Shown here in pieces: positions 35,112-44,596 of a stretch of 64,000 bases of DNA; position 1 is the first letter of the stretch; the number at the start of each line of letters is the position of its first letter. The position numbers and the translations under genes are program-made. A model generated the notes under the pieces. The model saw only the letters and a list, made by a program, of their open reading frames with translations, was not told where the DNA came from and made no database searches. Origin of the DNA: Fimbriimonadales bacterium (GTDB taxonomy: Bacteria; Armatimonadota; Fimbriimonadia; Fimbriimonadales; JABRVX01); NCBI GenBank assembly GCA_045862955.1, contig BTVI01000015.1, positions 1-64,000 of the forward strand, given 5' to 3'.

Positions 35112-36094
35112 GCCTGAAGACGGGAATTCTGAACACCGCGCACCTGCATTCCATGGGGTATGCGGACGCGCTGTTGAAAAACCCTCGTTCCGAGTTCCTG
35201 GGCGTAGCCGATGAGAACCCGGAGCGCGGTAAGTGGTTCGCGGACAAATTCGGCGTGCCGTTCTACGAGAGCTACGAAAAGCTCGCCTCGGAAGCCGATG
35301 CGGTTGTCGTTGCGGCGGAGAACGTGAAGCACCGCGAGCTGGTAGAGCTTGCCGCGGCGCATGGCTGCCACGTCGCATGCGAGAAGCCCCTCTGCACCAC
35401 CCTCGAAGACGGGCACCGCATGATCGAAGCGTGCGAGAAGGCGGGCGTGCAGCTGATGACCTGCTTCCCTTGCCGATACGCCCCGTCGTTCGAACGAACT
35501 CTTGCGCGGGTGAGAAACGGTGAGATCGGTCAGGTGTACGCCGTCGCCGCAACCAACCACGGCATGATGCCGCACGACTCATGGTTCAACGTGGTTTCGC
35601 TGTCGGGCGGAGGCTCGATGATGGACCACACGGTTCACGTTGCCGACCTGCTACGCGTACTGCTCCGATCCGAAGTGGCGACGGTGTACGCCGAGACCGG
35701 CAACAACATGTACCACGGCGACTACGAGGACATCGCCATGCTCACCGTGGAGTTCGAGAACGGCGTCTTCGCCACCATCGACTCCAGTTGGTCGCGCCCG
35801 CTTTGCTACAAGATCTGGGGCGACGTCACGATGAACGTAGTCGGCAGCGACGGCGTAATCGAGATGGACATGTTTGCCCAAGGCCTGATGGCGTATAGCA
35901 TGAAGGATATGCGCGCGCGTCAGCAGAGCGTTGGTGGCAACATAGACGAGCCGCTCATCGAGGAGTTCCTGCGGGCCATCGAGACGAGGGAGCCGGTGCC
36001 GATCTCGGGGTACGACGGATTCAGGGCTGCCGAGGTGGCCATCGCTGGATACGAGTCTGTGAAAACTGGAAAGCCGGTGAAGCTTCCGCTATAG
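35108..36094 (+). CDS. Gfo/Idh/MocA oxidoreductase
   Basis: CEKP, GGGSMMDHTVHVAD; GTG start overlaps the upstream stop. Confidence 0.9.
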   Translation: MSLKTGILNTAHLHSMGYADALLKNPRSEFLGVADENPERGKWFADKFGVPFYESYEKLASEADAVVVAAENVKHRELVELAAAHGCHVACEKPLCTTLEDGHRMIEACEKAGVQLMTCFPCRYAPSFERTLARVRNGEIGQVYAVAATNHGMMPHDSWFNVVSLSGGGSMMDHTVHVADLLRVLLRSEVATVYAETGNNMYHGDYEDIAMLTVEFENGVFATIDSSWSRPLCYKIWGDVTMNVVGSDGVIEMDMFAQGLMAYSMKDMRARQQSVGGNIDEPLIEEFLRAIETREPVPISGYDGFRAAEVAIAGYESVKTGKPVKLPL

Positions 36095-36763
36095 CTTCGC
36101 GCGCTTGAACTCCTTCAGCATCAACACCCGCTGGTCCGCCTCGGGTCCCATCCCGGTCTGATAGCGAACCACACCGAAGCCGGGTGCATACCAGGTGCGG
36201 CGATAGAAGGCGTTCTCCAGGTCTTCACCATAGTAGTTGAACGCGTCTACCCGGATCGCCATGTGCTTGCCGGATGGCGTCTGGATGGACTCGAGGCCCT
36301 TCACTTCGTACACCCACTTCTCGTCGCGGACATGGCCGCCATCGTAAGTCTTGATCATGGTCTCCCACTTCTTCCCCATAAAGAGCGGGAACCGCAGCTC
36401 GGGTAGGACCGAGTCGCGGTGAGTCACACCGTCGAACTGATGGATGTGCAGTCCTTCCTGGTCTACCCAGGCAACGAACTCCGAAGGTGCGCGCCCGTCC
36501 TCGGCTACGTCCTTCAGTTTCCAGACCTGTTTCCCTTGGTACTCGACCCGACCCACGACGGTGCGAATCCGGTCGGGCATTATCTCTCCGGACCGAGAGC
36601 GGTCGGAGTACACCCACTTGTTGCCTTCGCCGAGCGGGTACAGGTCGTCCGAGAGCCCTCCGATGATCTGGGGCTTGCTCGAGTCGCGGCAGCCTATCGT
36701 TGCGGCGGCCACTGCGAGGCACGCAACTAGGAGCTTAGCCAAGCGGAGTACTCTTCGCTTCAT
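36089..36763 (-). CDS. Hypothetical lipoprotein (YPL..GNKW.Y / TP.G...WYAPG.G family)
   Basis: Lipobox TIGC; motifs shared with 39661-40254 and 40251-41024. Confidence 0.7.
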   Translation of the reverse strand: MKRRVLRLAKLLVACLAVAAATIGCRDSSKPQIIGGLSDDLYPLGEGNKWVYSDRSRSGEIMPDRIRTVVGRVEYQGKQVWKLKDVAEDGRAPSEFVAWVDQEGLHIHQFDGVTHRDSVLPELRFPLFMGKKWETMIKTYDGGHVRDEKWVYEVKGLESIQTPSGKHMAIRVDAFNYYGEDLENAFYRRTWYAPGFGVVRYQTGMGPEADQRVLMLKEFKRAKL

Positions 36764-36853
36764 AGGCGGATCCAGGGTACCCCGAGCCGGCAAAAGAGCG
36801 TGCTTTCTGGCTGCAGAGCGGGCCCCCCCATCCCCATCTCCAGCCGGGACGTT

Positions 36854-36862
36854 TGGTATAAT
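36854..36862 (+). promoter_or_regulatory. Extended -10 promoter of tRNA-Ser
   Basis: TGGTATAAT ending about 10 nt before the tRNA 5' end. Confidence 0.65.
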
Positions 36863-36872
36863 GTCGCACCGC

Positions 36873-36964
36873 GGAGAGGTGGCTGAGTGGTCGAAAGCGC
36901 CCGCCTGCTAAGTGGGTAACGGGGGAAACCTTGTTCCCGGGTTCGAATCCCGGCCTCTCCGCCA
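36873..36964 (+). tRNA. tRNA-Ser (GCT)
   Basis: GGAGAGG/CCTCTCC acceptor stem, anticodon arm CCCGC-CTGCTAA-GTGGG, long variable arm, GTTCGAATC T-loop, encoded CCA. Confidence 0.97.
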
Positions 36965-36977
36965 GACCATTTAAGGG

Positions 36978-37973
36978 ATGATGCGCGGAACTATCGCAGC
37001 CCTACTTCTCGCGCTCGGCGCCGCCGCCTCGGGCGACGGACTGAGCGACTACCTGGCCCTGCGCGCCAAGTTCGGGGTAAAGGCCCCTTGCGCCCCCCAC
37101 CTCGTCGGCACCCGACCCCATGGCTCGGTCGTCGAGGTCTCCGGGCGACTGCAGGGCACGTCCAAGAGCGCCGAGACCGAGATGTGCATCCTCTCGTCGG
37201 GCGAGCACACACTGATTGTCCGATCTTCACGATTGCCCGAGTGGTTCGGTCGCGGGCAGATCACGGTACGAATGCTGGTTCGGGTGGACGCCGAGGGCCG
37301 GTTCGGTATGCCGGACCTCCACCTCATTGCTGCCATCGGGGAAGGGGAAATTGCGGCGCACGAAGAGAGTGTGCGCCGAGCCGAGGCAGCGAGGCAAGCC
37401 CGGGCAGTCGCTGCGACCGCAAAGAGCCCCAGCGCTGCGCCTGCACCCAAGGAAGACCTGCCTAAGCAGGTGCTCGCTTCGCTGGAACAGGTCTTGCCCG
37501 GCTACAAGGCCTACGTGAAGTCGGTGAACGGCAAGCTTACCGATTGGGAGGCGGAGCAGATCGCCCGCAGCATGCTGGTCTTCAGCGCCAAGCATGGCGT
37601 GGACCCGCGCCTCGTGACGGCTGTGGTGGTGTGCGAGTCGGGGTTCCGCCCAGCGGCTACCTCTTCGAAAGGTGCGGCCGGGCTGGGTCAGCTAATGCCT
37701 TCCACGGCGAGGGGCATGGGAGTGCAGAACGCCTACGACACCAACCAGAACCTCGAAGCCACGGTGCGACTTCTGCGAGGGCACATGCTGAAGTACAAGC
37801 CCCCGGACAAGCCGTACGTGGACATGAAGACGCTGGCGACGGCGCTCGCGGCGTACAACGCGGGCTCCGGGGCTGTCCGCAAGCACGGTGGGATTCCCCC
37901 CTATGCCGAAACTCAGGGCTACATCACGAAGGTGATCTCTCTCTACCGGCGGTTGTGCGGAGAGGGCAGGTGA
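36978..37973 (+). CDS. Lytic transglycosylase (SLT domain), secreted
   Basis: AVVVCESGF, GAAGLGQLMPSTA, ALAAYNAGSGAV, PPYAETQGY. Confidence 0.9.
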   Translation: MMRGTIAALLLALGAAASGDGLSDYLALRAKFGVKAPCAPHLVGTRPHGSVVEVSGRLQGTSKSAETEMCILSSGEHTLIVRSSRLPEWFGRGQITVRMLVRVDAEGRFGMPDLHLIAAIGEGEIAAHEESVRRAEAARQARAVAATAKSPSAAPAPKEDLPKQVLASLEQVLPGYKAYVKSVNGKLTDWEAEQIARSMLVFSAKHGVDPRLVTAVVVCESGFRPAATSSKGAAGLGQLMPSTARGMGVQNAYDTNQNLEATVRLLRGHMLKYKPPDKPYVDMKTLATALAAYNAGSGAVRKHGGIPPYAETQGYITKVISLYRRLCGEGR

Positions 37974-38006
37974 GGCGGGTCTGTCACACCCTTCCGACCA
38001 CTCCCA

Positions 38007-38897
38007 CTAACCTACCACCTGCTCCGGCCAGAGCCGCAGCCGCATAGCCGGCCAGTGGGGCGAGGCCTCGGCACGGGAAAGGTCGCAGCGCCGCACCACC
38101 CCTACCACCTCGCACCACGCCACCGCATCACCGGCACGCGAGGCAACGAACGAGAACACATCTGCCATTCCCGTGCGCTCCGGCTCCGTGATGTTGGTGG
38201 ATACCTGCGACATGCCGCGCGACTCGAGCGCCACCCCCATCGCCATCACGCCGTGCAAAACCTCGTCCCTATCTCGCGCAGACCGGAGCTCCTTCGCAAT
38301 CGCGCGTGCCAGGCCCGGCTGCGGCAGCGAGAGGTTCACATTGAACGCCGTCAGAGGGCCCCGGACCCCAAGGATGACCGCACCCCGCGCTTCATGCAGC
38401 CGAGCCGGCCCGAAGTCCGGTGCGTGCTCACCCTCCAGCTCTTTCCCGACCCAACCCTCGTACTGACCCTTGCGCAGGGCTCCTAGCTCCCTGGGCTTGC
38501 CGGGTCGGGCCGAGTCGCCATAGAGAAACACCGGCACCTGCCCGAGCTCTGCGATCTCTCGTCCCAGATCCTCGGCGAGCCGTTGCGCGGCAGCCGCATG
38601 CTCGGGAGCAGTCGCCACCAAAGGCAGCACGTCCAGCGCGCCGATTCGGGGATGCACGCCGCGATGTCTCCGCAGGTCAATCCGCTCGAAGGCCACGAAA
38701 GCCATCGCGAGCAGCGCGGCGCGCAAGGCCTCGGGCTCGCCGGAGAGCCCGACGACCGTTCGATTGTGGTCAACGTCCCAGCTGAGTGTGTGGAGCACTA
38801 CGGTCGGGGCCGATGCGGCGTCTTGCAGCGCCCTGACGAAGTGGTAGTCACGCCCCTCGGAGAAGTTGGGTATGGACAGGATGGGCCCGGGTCTCAC
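38007..38897 (-). CDS. Glutamate formiminotransferase (FTCD N-terminal family)
   Basis: PNFSEGRD, DHNRTV, HRGVHPRIGALDVLP, PDFGP, QVSTN. Confidence 0.88.
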   Translation of the reverse strand: MRPGPILSIPNFSEGRDYHFVRALQDAASAPTVVLHTLSWDVDHNRTVVGLSGEPEALRAALLAMAFVAFERIDLRRHRGVHPRIGALDVLPLVATAPEHAAAAQRLAEDLGREIAELGQVPVFLYGDSARPGKPRELGALRKGQYEGWVGKELEGEHAPDFGPARLHEARGAVILGVRGPLTAFNVNLSLPQPGLARAIAKELRSARDRDEVLHGVMAMGVALESRGMSQVSTNITEPERTGMADVFSFVASRAGDAVAWCEVVGVVRRCDLSRAEASPHWPAMRLRLWPEQVVG

Positions 38898-39652
38898 ACC
38901 ATGTGATACCCGCCGTCCACGAAGATCACCTCCCCGGTGATCCCGCGCGACAGGTCGCTCAGAAGGAACAGGGCTGCGTCGGCCACCTCGGGCTGCGCTA
39001 CCGGGGTGCTTAGTGGCACGCGCTCCTTCGCTTCCGAAGTCATCTTGCTGAAGCCGGGGATGCTCCGCGCTGCCACCGTGCTGATCGGCCCGGGCGAGAG
39101 TGCGTTCACTCGAATCCCTCGAGGACCGAGGTCGTATGCGAGGTATCGCGTTGCGCTCTCCAGCGCAGCCTTTGCAATTCCCATGACCCCGTAAATCGGC
39201 ACGACCCGGGAGCTCCCGAGGTAGCTCATGGTCAGGCAGCTTCCCCCATCGCGGAGCAGACGCTCCAACGCGTGACAGCAGGCAACGAAGGTAAAGCAGC
39301 TGGTCTCCAGCGCCACCTTGAACCCGTCCCGAGAGCAGTCGAGGAACCGGCCGGCCATATCCTCACGCCGGGCGTAGGCCACGCTGTGAACGACAAAGTC
39401 CAGCCCGCCGTAGTCGCTCCGAAGGTCGTCCGCAAGTTGGCTTAGTTGCTCGTCGCGGTTGAGGTCGCACTCGTACACGCGGAAGCTCTCGTTGCCTTCC
39501 GTGAGTGCGAGGACCGAATCGAGCATCCTCTCGTCCTGGTAACCGATGGCCACCTTCGCGCCGTGCCGAGCGGCAGCATCCGCCACGGCCCACGCGATCG
39601 AGAACTTGTTGGCGACGCCGAAAACGACCCCGGTTTTCCCTTCGAGCAGCAA
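38894..39652 (-). CDS. fabI: Enoyl-ACP reductase
   Basis: GVANKFSIAWAVA, HSVAYA, Y-x6-K (YGVMGIAK), RVNALSPGPIST; TTG start after a G-rich RBS. Confidence 0.93.
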   Translation of the reverse strand: MLLEGKTGVVFGVANKFSIAWAVADAAARHGAKVAIGYQDERMLDSVLALTEGNESFRVYECDLNRDEQLSQLADDLRSDYGGLDFVVHSVAYARREDMAGRFLDCSRDGFKVALETSCFTFVACCHALERLLRDGGSCLTMSYLGSSRVVPIYGVMGIAKAALESATRYLAYDLGPRGIRVNALSPGPISTVAARSIPGFSKMTSEAKERVPLSTPVAQPEVADAALFLLSDLSRGITGEVIFVDGGYHMV

Positions 39653-39660
39653 GTCCCCCC

Positions 39661-40254
39661 TCACTTGACCAGTTCGTACGACACGAGCTCCGTTACCGTC
39701 CTCTTCCCGTTCGCATCTAGCACACCCTTCACCCACCCGACCCCTCGGGCATAGCTGTCCGTGGTGGTGATGCGGATGGGGGAGCTACCGGCTTCTACCG
39801 TCACGGTCTTGGACACTACTAGGACATCGAACGTGCCGGCGGGCACGGTCAGCTTCCCGAGCGCAGAGTTCTGGCACTTTGCCGATGCCTTGTAAGTGCC
39901 ACCGCCGATCGTCACGGTCCCGGACCACTCCCATGCGGTGCCCGGCTTTGCAGGCAGCTTCAGCTCCACCATGGGGGGTGAGAACTTGGCCGCCGTACTG
40001 TCCTCCTGGACCAGACCTTCGGCCGTCCAGTACAGAATGCTCGACGTCCTGTCGCCTTTCTCTCCGCGCACCTCGAGCACGAACGCCTGATGCTCACCCT
40101 TCTTGCGCGTCTCGGTCACCCGATTTACGACGGTCTCGGTTGCGCCGCCTGCCGTCTGACGATAGGTCCAGCGGTTGCCCACCTTGAGCGGCAGGTAGTC
40201 GGATGGGCCCGCCGCAAGCAGCAAGGGCGCAACGAGCAGCGCGACCGCGATCAC
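39661..40254 (-). CDS. Hypothetical secreted protein (same family as 36089-36763)
   Basis: Signal peptide, YLPLKVGNRWTY, TVPAGTFD, YARGVGWVK. Confidence 0.7.
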   Translation of the reverse strand: MIAVALLVAPLLLAAGPSDYLPLKVGNRWTYRQTAGGATETVVNRVTETRKKGEHQAFVLEVRGEKGDRTSSILYWTAEGLVQEDSTAAKFSPPMVELKLPAKPGTAWEWSGTVTIGGGTYKASAKCQNSALGKLTVPAGTFDVLVVSKTVTVEAGSSPIRITTTDSYARGVGWVKGVLDANGKRTVTELVSYELVK

Positions 40255-41024
40255 GAGCCCCTCTTGGAAAGCAGCATGGACATCTTGCCGGACCGACTGA
40301 CGAACACGGCCTTCACAATCCCGATGTCCTTCGCGAACCAGAAGTCGAACTGCTCGGCCACGGCACCGGCGCCTGAGCCGACCACGCGTGTGATCTCCGT
40401 ATGAATGGCATCGAAATCACCGGCCGGAGTCGCCACGCGCTCGGTGCCCGTGATCTTGCCGATGGCCTTGCCCGGCACCGTGCGACCTTGGTCGTCTTTC
40501 AGCGTGAAGGTGTCTTCCCAGCGGGCCTCCTCGCTCCATTTGTTGGGCAGGATTCGTAGGGCGTAGGGTGCCGGAGAATTGCCCGTTCCAGGCTGAAGAA
40601 GCAGTCCCTTGTCGGGGTGCCAGAAGTACGTCTCCTTGACGGTGCCTGTCGCCTTGGGTGGTGGCGCCGGTTCCCCCTCCTTGGCAGGCTTGTCGAACTC
40701 GTGCCTAATCCCCGTGACGTGTTGGTACCGGATGGATCCGCTGGAGCCGGGGGCCTGAAACGAGTAGTCGACTCTCGCAGTCTTTAGGTTCGCGGACGCC
40801 ACATACTCCCGCTTCTCGGGACCTTTCATCGGGAAGAAGGAGGTGAAGGGAACCTTCGAAGGGTCGAGCGTCGGTTCCGCCAGGTGTTCGGGCTTGGTTG
40901 TCGCCTCTGTCGCAGACTTCGCGCTTCGGGGGGCCTCGCCGCAGCCCGAGCTAACAAACACAGGCAGCAAGAACAGGGCGAACAGCGCGGCGGCGAACGG
41001 CAACCTCATCCTGTTGATCTTCAC
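40251..41024 (-). CDS. Hypothetical lipoprotein (same family)
   Basis: Lipobox SSGC, FFPM, ATPAGDFDA, WFAKDIGIVK. Confidence 0.7.
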   Translation of the reverse strand: MKINRMRLPFAAALFALFLLPVFVSSGCGEAPRSAKSATEATTKPEHLAEPTLDPSKVPFTSFFPMKGPEKREYVASANLKTARVDYSFQAPGSSGSIRYQHVTGIRHEFDKPAKEGEPAPPPKATGTVKETYFWHPDKGLLLQPGTGNSPAPYALRILPNKWSEEARWEDTFTLKDDQGRTVPGKAIGKITGTERVATPAGDFDAIHTEITRVVGSGAGAVAEQFDFWFAKDIGIVKAVFVSRSGKMSMLLSKRGS

Positions 41025-41041
41025 TGGAATACGTCAACCTC

Positions 41042-43231
41042 CTACCCTAAGGCTTCGAGCTCGGCGAATCGCTGCAGCAGCTTCTTGACGCCGACAATAC
41101 CCGGAAACGCAACGGTGACTTCGCTGTCCTCGCCCACCGGAACGCACGCCACCACGACCCCTAGGCCGAACTTCTTATGCCGCACCTTCTGTCCCACCGC
41201 GAAGGCTGGCTCGCGTACGGGCTCTGTCTGCTGCATGAAGCCTGGCGGACGCGCCGGATACCGCTCCGTTCCTGGTCTCAGACCCGATGCGGCAGGCGGA
41301 ATCGTCGCGCCGAGCGAAGTTACCGCCTCGGGATCGAGGTCCTGGAGGAAGCGCGAGGGAGGGTTGAACGAGGTCTGCCCGCGGAATGCGCGCCGGGTCG
41401 AATAGGTGATGTGCAGCTCCTGCTGCGCCCGTGTCATTCCGACGTAGCACAGCCTGCGCTCTTCCTCGACCTCGGCCTCCGAGTCGAGGCACCGCTGATG
41501 CGGAAACACGCCCTCCTCTAAGCCCGCAAGGAATACCACGGGGAACTCCAAACCCTTGGCGGTGTGCACCGTCATTAGCTGCACCGAGTTCGCCCGCTCC
41601 CCCACGAAGTCGGCGTCCGATACCAGGGCTATGTTCTGTAGGAACTCGGCCAGAGTGGGCTCTTCGGCGCGGCCGTCGTAGTTGCTCGCCACGGTCAAGA
41701 ACTCACGAACGTTCTCTACCCGGTCGCGACCCTCTTCCGACCGATCTGCCAGGAGCGCGTCGAGGTAGCCACTCCTACGGAGCGTTGCCTCGACTACGGG
41801 CAGCACCGGCCCTTCCGTCGGCAGCTGCCTCAGCTCTTCGATAAGCTCGACGAACGCCGCGACACGCTTGCGTGCCGACGTGCCGAGTGTCTCCATAGCC
41901 GCATCGGACCGCATAGCGTCCCACAAGCGCTCGGGGTCGTCGGCAAGGTCCCTTAGTACCTGCAGCGTCGTAGGGCCTATTCCTCGCGCAGGCACGTTGA
42001 CGATGCGCTCCAACGCCTTCAGGTCATACGGGTTGTGAATCATGCGCAGGTAGGCGACGACGTCCTTGATCTCCTTGCGTTCGTAGAAGCGCATGCCGCC
42101 GATGATGGCATGGGGAATGCGCAGTCCGAGGAACGTCTCCTCGAAGGCCCGAGACTGAGCGTTGGTTCGATACAGGATGGCGAAGTCGCCGTAGCGCCTG
42201 TGGCCGGCTCGGACCTCACGCTGAATGGTGTCGGCTATCACCTGCGCCTCGTCGGTCTCCGTGCCGCACATCGTAAGAGTGACCGGCGAGCCGCCGGCAT
42301 TCTCGGTCCACAGCTTCTTCTCTGCACGGTTGCGGTTGCGGCGGATGACGCGGTGCGCGGCGTCCAGTATGCTCTGGGTCGATCGGTAGTTCTGATCTAG
42401 GGTGACCACCTTCGCATCCGGGTAGTCGCTGGTGAAACGCAAGATCAGCTTCACATCGGCGCCCCGCCACCCATAGATGGACTGGTCGTCGTCGCCCACT
42501 ACGGTGATGTTCTGGTGCGCCCCGCCGAGCAGCTGAATCAGCATGTACTGGGACTGATTCACGTCCTGGTACTCGTCCACGAGGATGTGGTGGAACTGGG
42601 CCTGATAACGCTCCCGCACCGTTGGTTCTTGCCGCAGCAGTTGCACAGCATAGTAGATCAGGTCATCGAAGTCCAGTGCGTTGAGCTTGCGTAGGGCAAA
42701 CTGATACTTCGGGTACACCTCGGCGACGATTCGCTCCAAGAACCCGTGAGCAACGTCGGGGTACTGCTCCGCCGAGATCAGCCTCTCCTTGGCCCGACTG
42801 ATGGTTGCCAGCACCGATCGGGGGGCGAACTGCTTCTCGTCCAGCTCCATCTGACGCAGACAGTCCCGGATTACGGACACCCGATCGTCATCGTCATAGA
42901 CCACGAAGTTGCGGTCAATGCCGATCCGCTCACCGCACTCTCGCAGCACGCGGCTGCACATCGAGTGGAAGGTGCCGACCCACCTAGGCTGCAGGTCCTC
43001 TCCCAACAATGCCGCGACACGTTCCTTCATCTCGTTCGCAGCTTTGTTGGTGAAGGTGACGGCGAGAACGTTCCAAGGGCGAAGACCCGCCGAGATGAGG
43101 TGCGCAATCCGATACGTAATTACGCGGGTCTTCCCACTCCCTGCGCCGGCGAACACCACCAGCGGCCCGCCGGGATGCATGACTGCCTCCAGCTGCTTGG
43201 GATTGAGGGAGGAGAGATCGAGCGTGCTCAC
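41042..43231 (-). CDS. pcrA: ATP-dependent DNA helicase PcrA/UvrD
   Basis: AGAGSGKT, TFTNKAA, VDEYQD, VGDDDQSIYGWRGA, QNYRST, HTAKGLEF, EEERRLCYVGMTRA, C-terminal Tudor-like VRHKKFG. Confidence 0.96.
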   Translation of the reverse strand: MSTLDLSSLNPKQLEAVMHPGGPLVVFAGAGSGKTRVITYRIAHLISAGLRPWNVLAVTFTNKAANEMKERVAALLGEDLQPRWVGTFHSMCSRVLRECGERIGIDRNFVVYDDDDRVSVIRDCLRQMELDEKQFAPRSVLATISRAKERLISAEQYPDVAHGFLERIVAEVYPKYQFALRKLNALDFDDLIYYAVQLLRQEPTVRERYQAQFHHILVDEYQDVNQSQYMLIQLLGGAHQNITVVGDDDQSIYGWRGADVKLILRFTSDYPDAKVVTLDQNYRSTQSILDAAHRVIRRNRNRAEKKLWTENAGGSPVTLTMCGTETDEAQVIADTIQREVRAGHRRYGDFAILYRTNAQSRAFEETFLGLRIPHAIIGGMRFYERKEIKDVVAYLRMIHNPYDLKALERIVNVPARGIGPTTLQVLRDLADDPERLWDAMRSDAAMETLGTSARKRVAAFVELIEELRQLPTEGPVLPVVEATLRRSGYLDALLADRSEEGRDRVENVREFLTVASNYDGRAEEPTLAEFLQNIALVSDADFVGERANSVQLMTVHTAKGLEFPVVFLAGLEEGVFPHQRCLDSEAEVEEERRLCYVGMTRAQQELHITYSTRRAFRGQTSFNPPSRFLQDLDPEAVTSLGATIPPAASGLRPGTERYPARPPGFMQQTEPVREPAFAVGQKVRHKKFGLGVVVACVPVGEDSEVTVAFPGIVGVKKLLQRFAELEALG

Positions 43232-43476
43232 CGCCCTTCAGCCTACCCTCTCGCCGCACCGGGTGTCTAGCGCACGGGGCAGATTCGCGTTGACGCTTGT
43301 CAACTTCTGCGGCCCGCATCTCCTCCGGCGGAGGGCGAGCCGTTCGAGACCCCTGATGCTGATTCCCTGCGGCTTCACTGTCGTTGTCGGCGCGCTTCCC
43401 CGGACAGCCCGAGGTCACGACAAGAGCAAAGGCTTACGCGATGCTCGCAGGGAGACGCGCCCCCGGGTGCCCGAGG

Positions 43477-44310
43477 CTACGAGCCAGGTTGAGAGCTGGG
43501 CTCGGCCTTCGGCGGCCGTGTGCGGGGTACCCGCTCCTCCGGCGGCGCCCACCTGGCCACGCCGTGCCGACGAGTCCAAAGAAGGCCGATCGCGCCGATG
43601 AGGATAACCACCAAAGCTACCGCCTGGGCGTCCGTCAGCAGATCCTGGATCAGATACGTGGAAGTGGTCCCAGCGCGGGTGAACTCATACAGGAACCGAT
43701 ACAGCCCATGCAGTAGCAGGAAGCCCCAGAATATCTGGCCTTGCTTCCCGTCCTTACGATCCCACCAGAGCAGCACTCCCACGATGATCAGGTTCGATAC
43801 TGTCGCGTAGAGCTGAGACGGGTGGCTGGGGGGTGTGAGACCGTTTGCCGTGCGAAACGTGCAGGCCCACGGAAGGTCCGTGGGTGAGCCGTAGCAGCAG
43901 CCATTCAGGAAACAGCCGATCCGCGTGATGGCGTAGCCCAGAGCGATCGAGGGTGCGCACAGGTCTGCCCAGCGCCAGAAAGAGATCTTTCTGCGACGTG
44001 CATACCAAATTCCCGCCAGCACTCCCGCGGCCAGACCTCCGAAGTAGGTCAGCCCGCCCTGCCAAATGTACAGTACCGAGATTGGATCGTCGCGATAGCT
44101 AGACCATTCCTGCACTACCCAGCCGATCCGGGCTCCAATCACCCCGGCGACAAGCAACACCACGCCGAGGTCCAGGATGGTGTCCAGATCGGCACCGTAC
44201 TTGGGGCCGCGACGCCATGCCAGTACGATTGCCAGAATGAACCCGAGGACCAGCATCAGCCCGTAGGAACGTACGGGCACGCCGAACACTTCGAACAGAA
44301 TGGGGTACAC
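43477..44310 (-). CDS. lgt: Prolipoprotein diacylglyceryl transferase
   Basis: YGLM, GARIG, GGLTYFGG, RIGCFLNGCCYG, HPSQLY. Confidence 0.93.
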   Translation of the reverse strand: MYPILFEVFGVPVRSYGLMLVLGFILAIVLAWRRGPKYGADLDTILDLGVVLLVAGVIGARIGWVVQEWSSYRDDPISVLYIWQGGLTYFGGLAAGVLAGIWYARRRKISFWRWADLCAPSIALGYAITRIGCFLNGCCYGSPTDLPWACTFRTANGLTPPSHPSQLYATVSNLIIVGVLLWWDRKDGKQGQIFWGFLLLHGLYRFLYEFTRAGTTSTYLIQDLLTDAQAVALVVILIGAIGLLWTRRHGVARWAPPEERVPRTRPPKAEPSSQPGS

Positions 44311-44596
44311 GGCGAACCTCGGCAGTCAGAGTACCGTCAATATACCTGTTGTGCCGATGGTCACCCCGGATGCCTCCGTCACATGTGGGCTGGGAGCTTG
44401 GCCTAGACCTCTGCGGGCCGTTAGCCCGATTAGGCTATACTCTCGCGCGCGAGGGCCCGAGCTCGACCGTTCATCCCCCAGAAAGATGTCGTTGGAGCCG
44501 ATACGAATTTTCGGGAATAGGAACGGTGAGGGCCGCGCTCGTTTGTGCGTTGCGCTATGGATTCTACGGCTTAGGCCGCGACGATAAGGTGGGGTT

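Noticed and set aside
36873..36964. tRNA-Ser as an integration site for an island or prophage
   Set aside because: No integrase nearby, and I saw no duplicated tRNA 3' end in the window.
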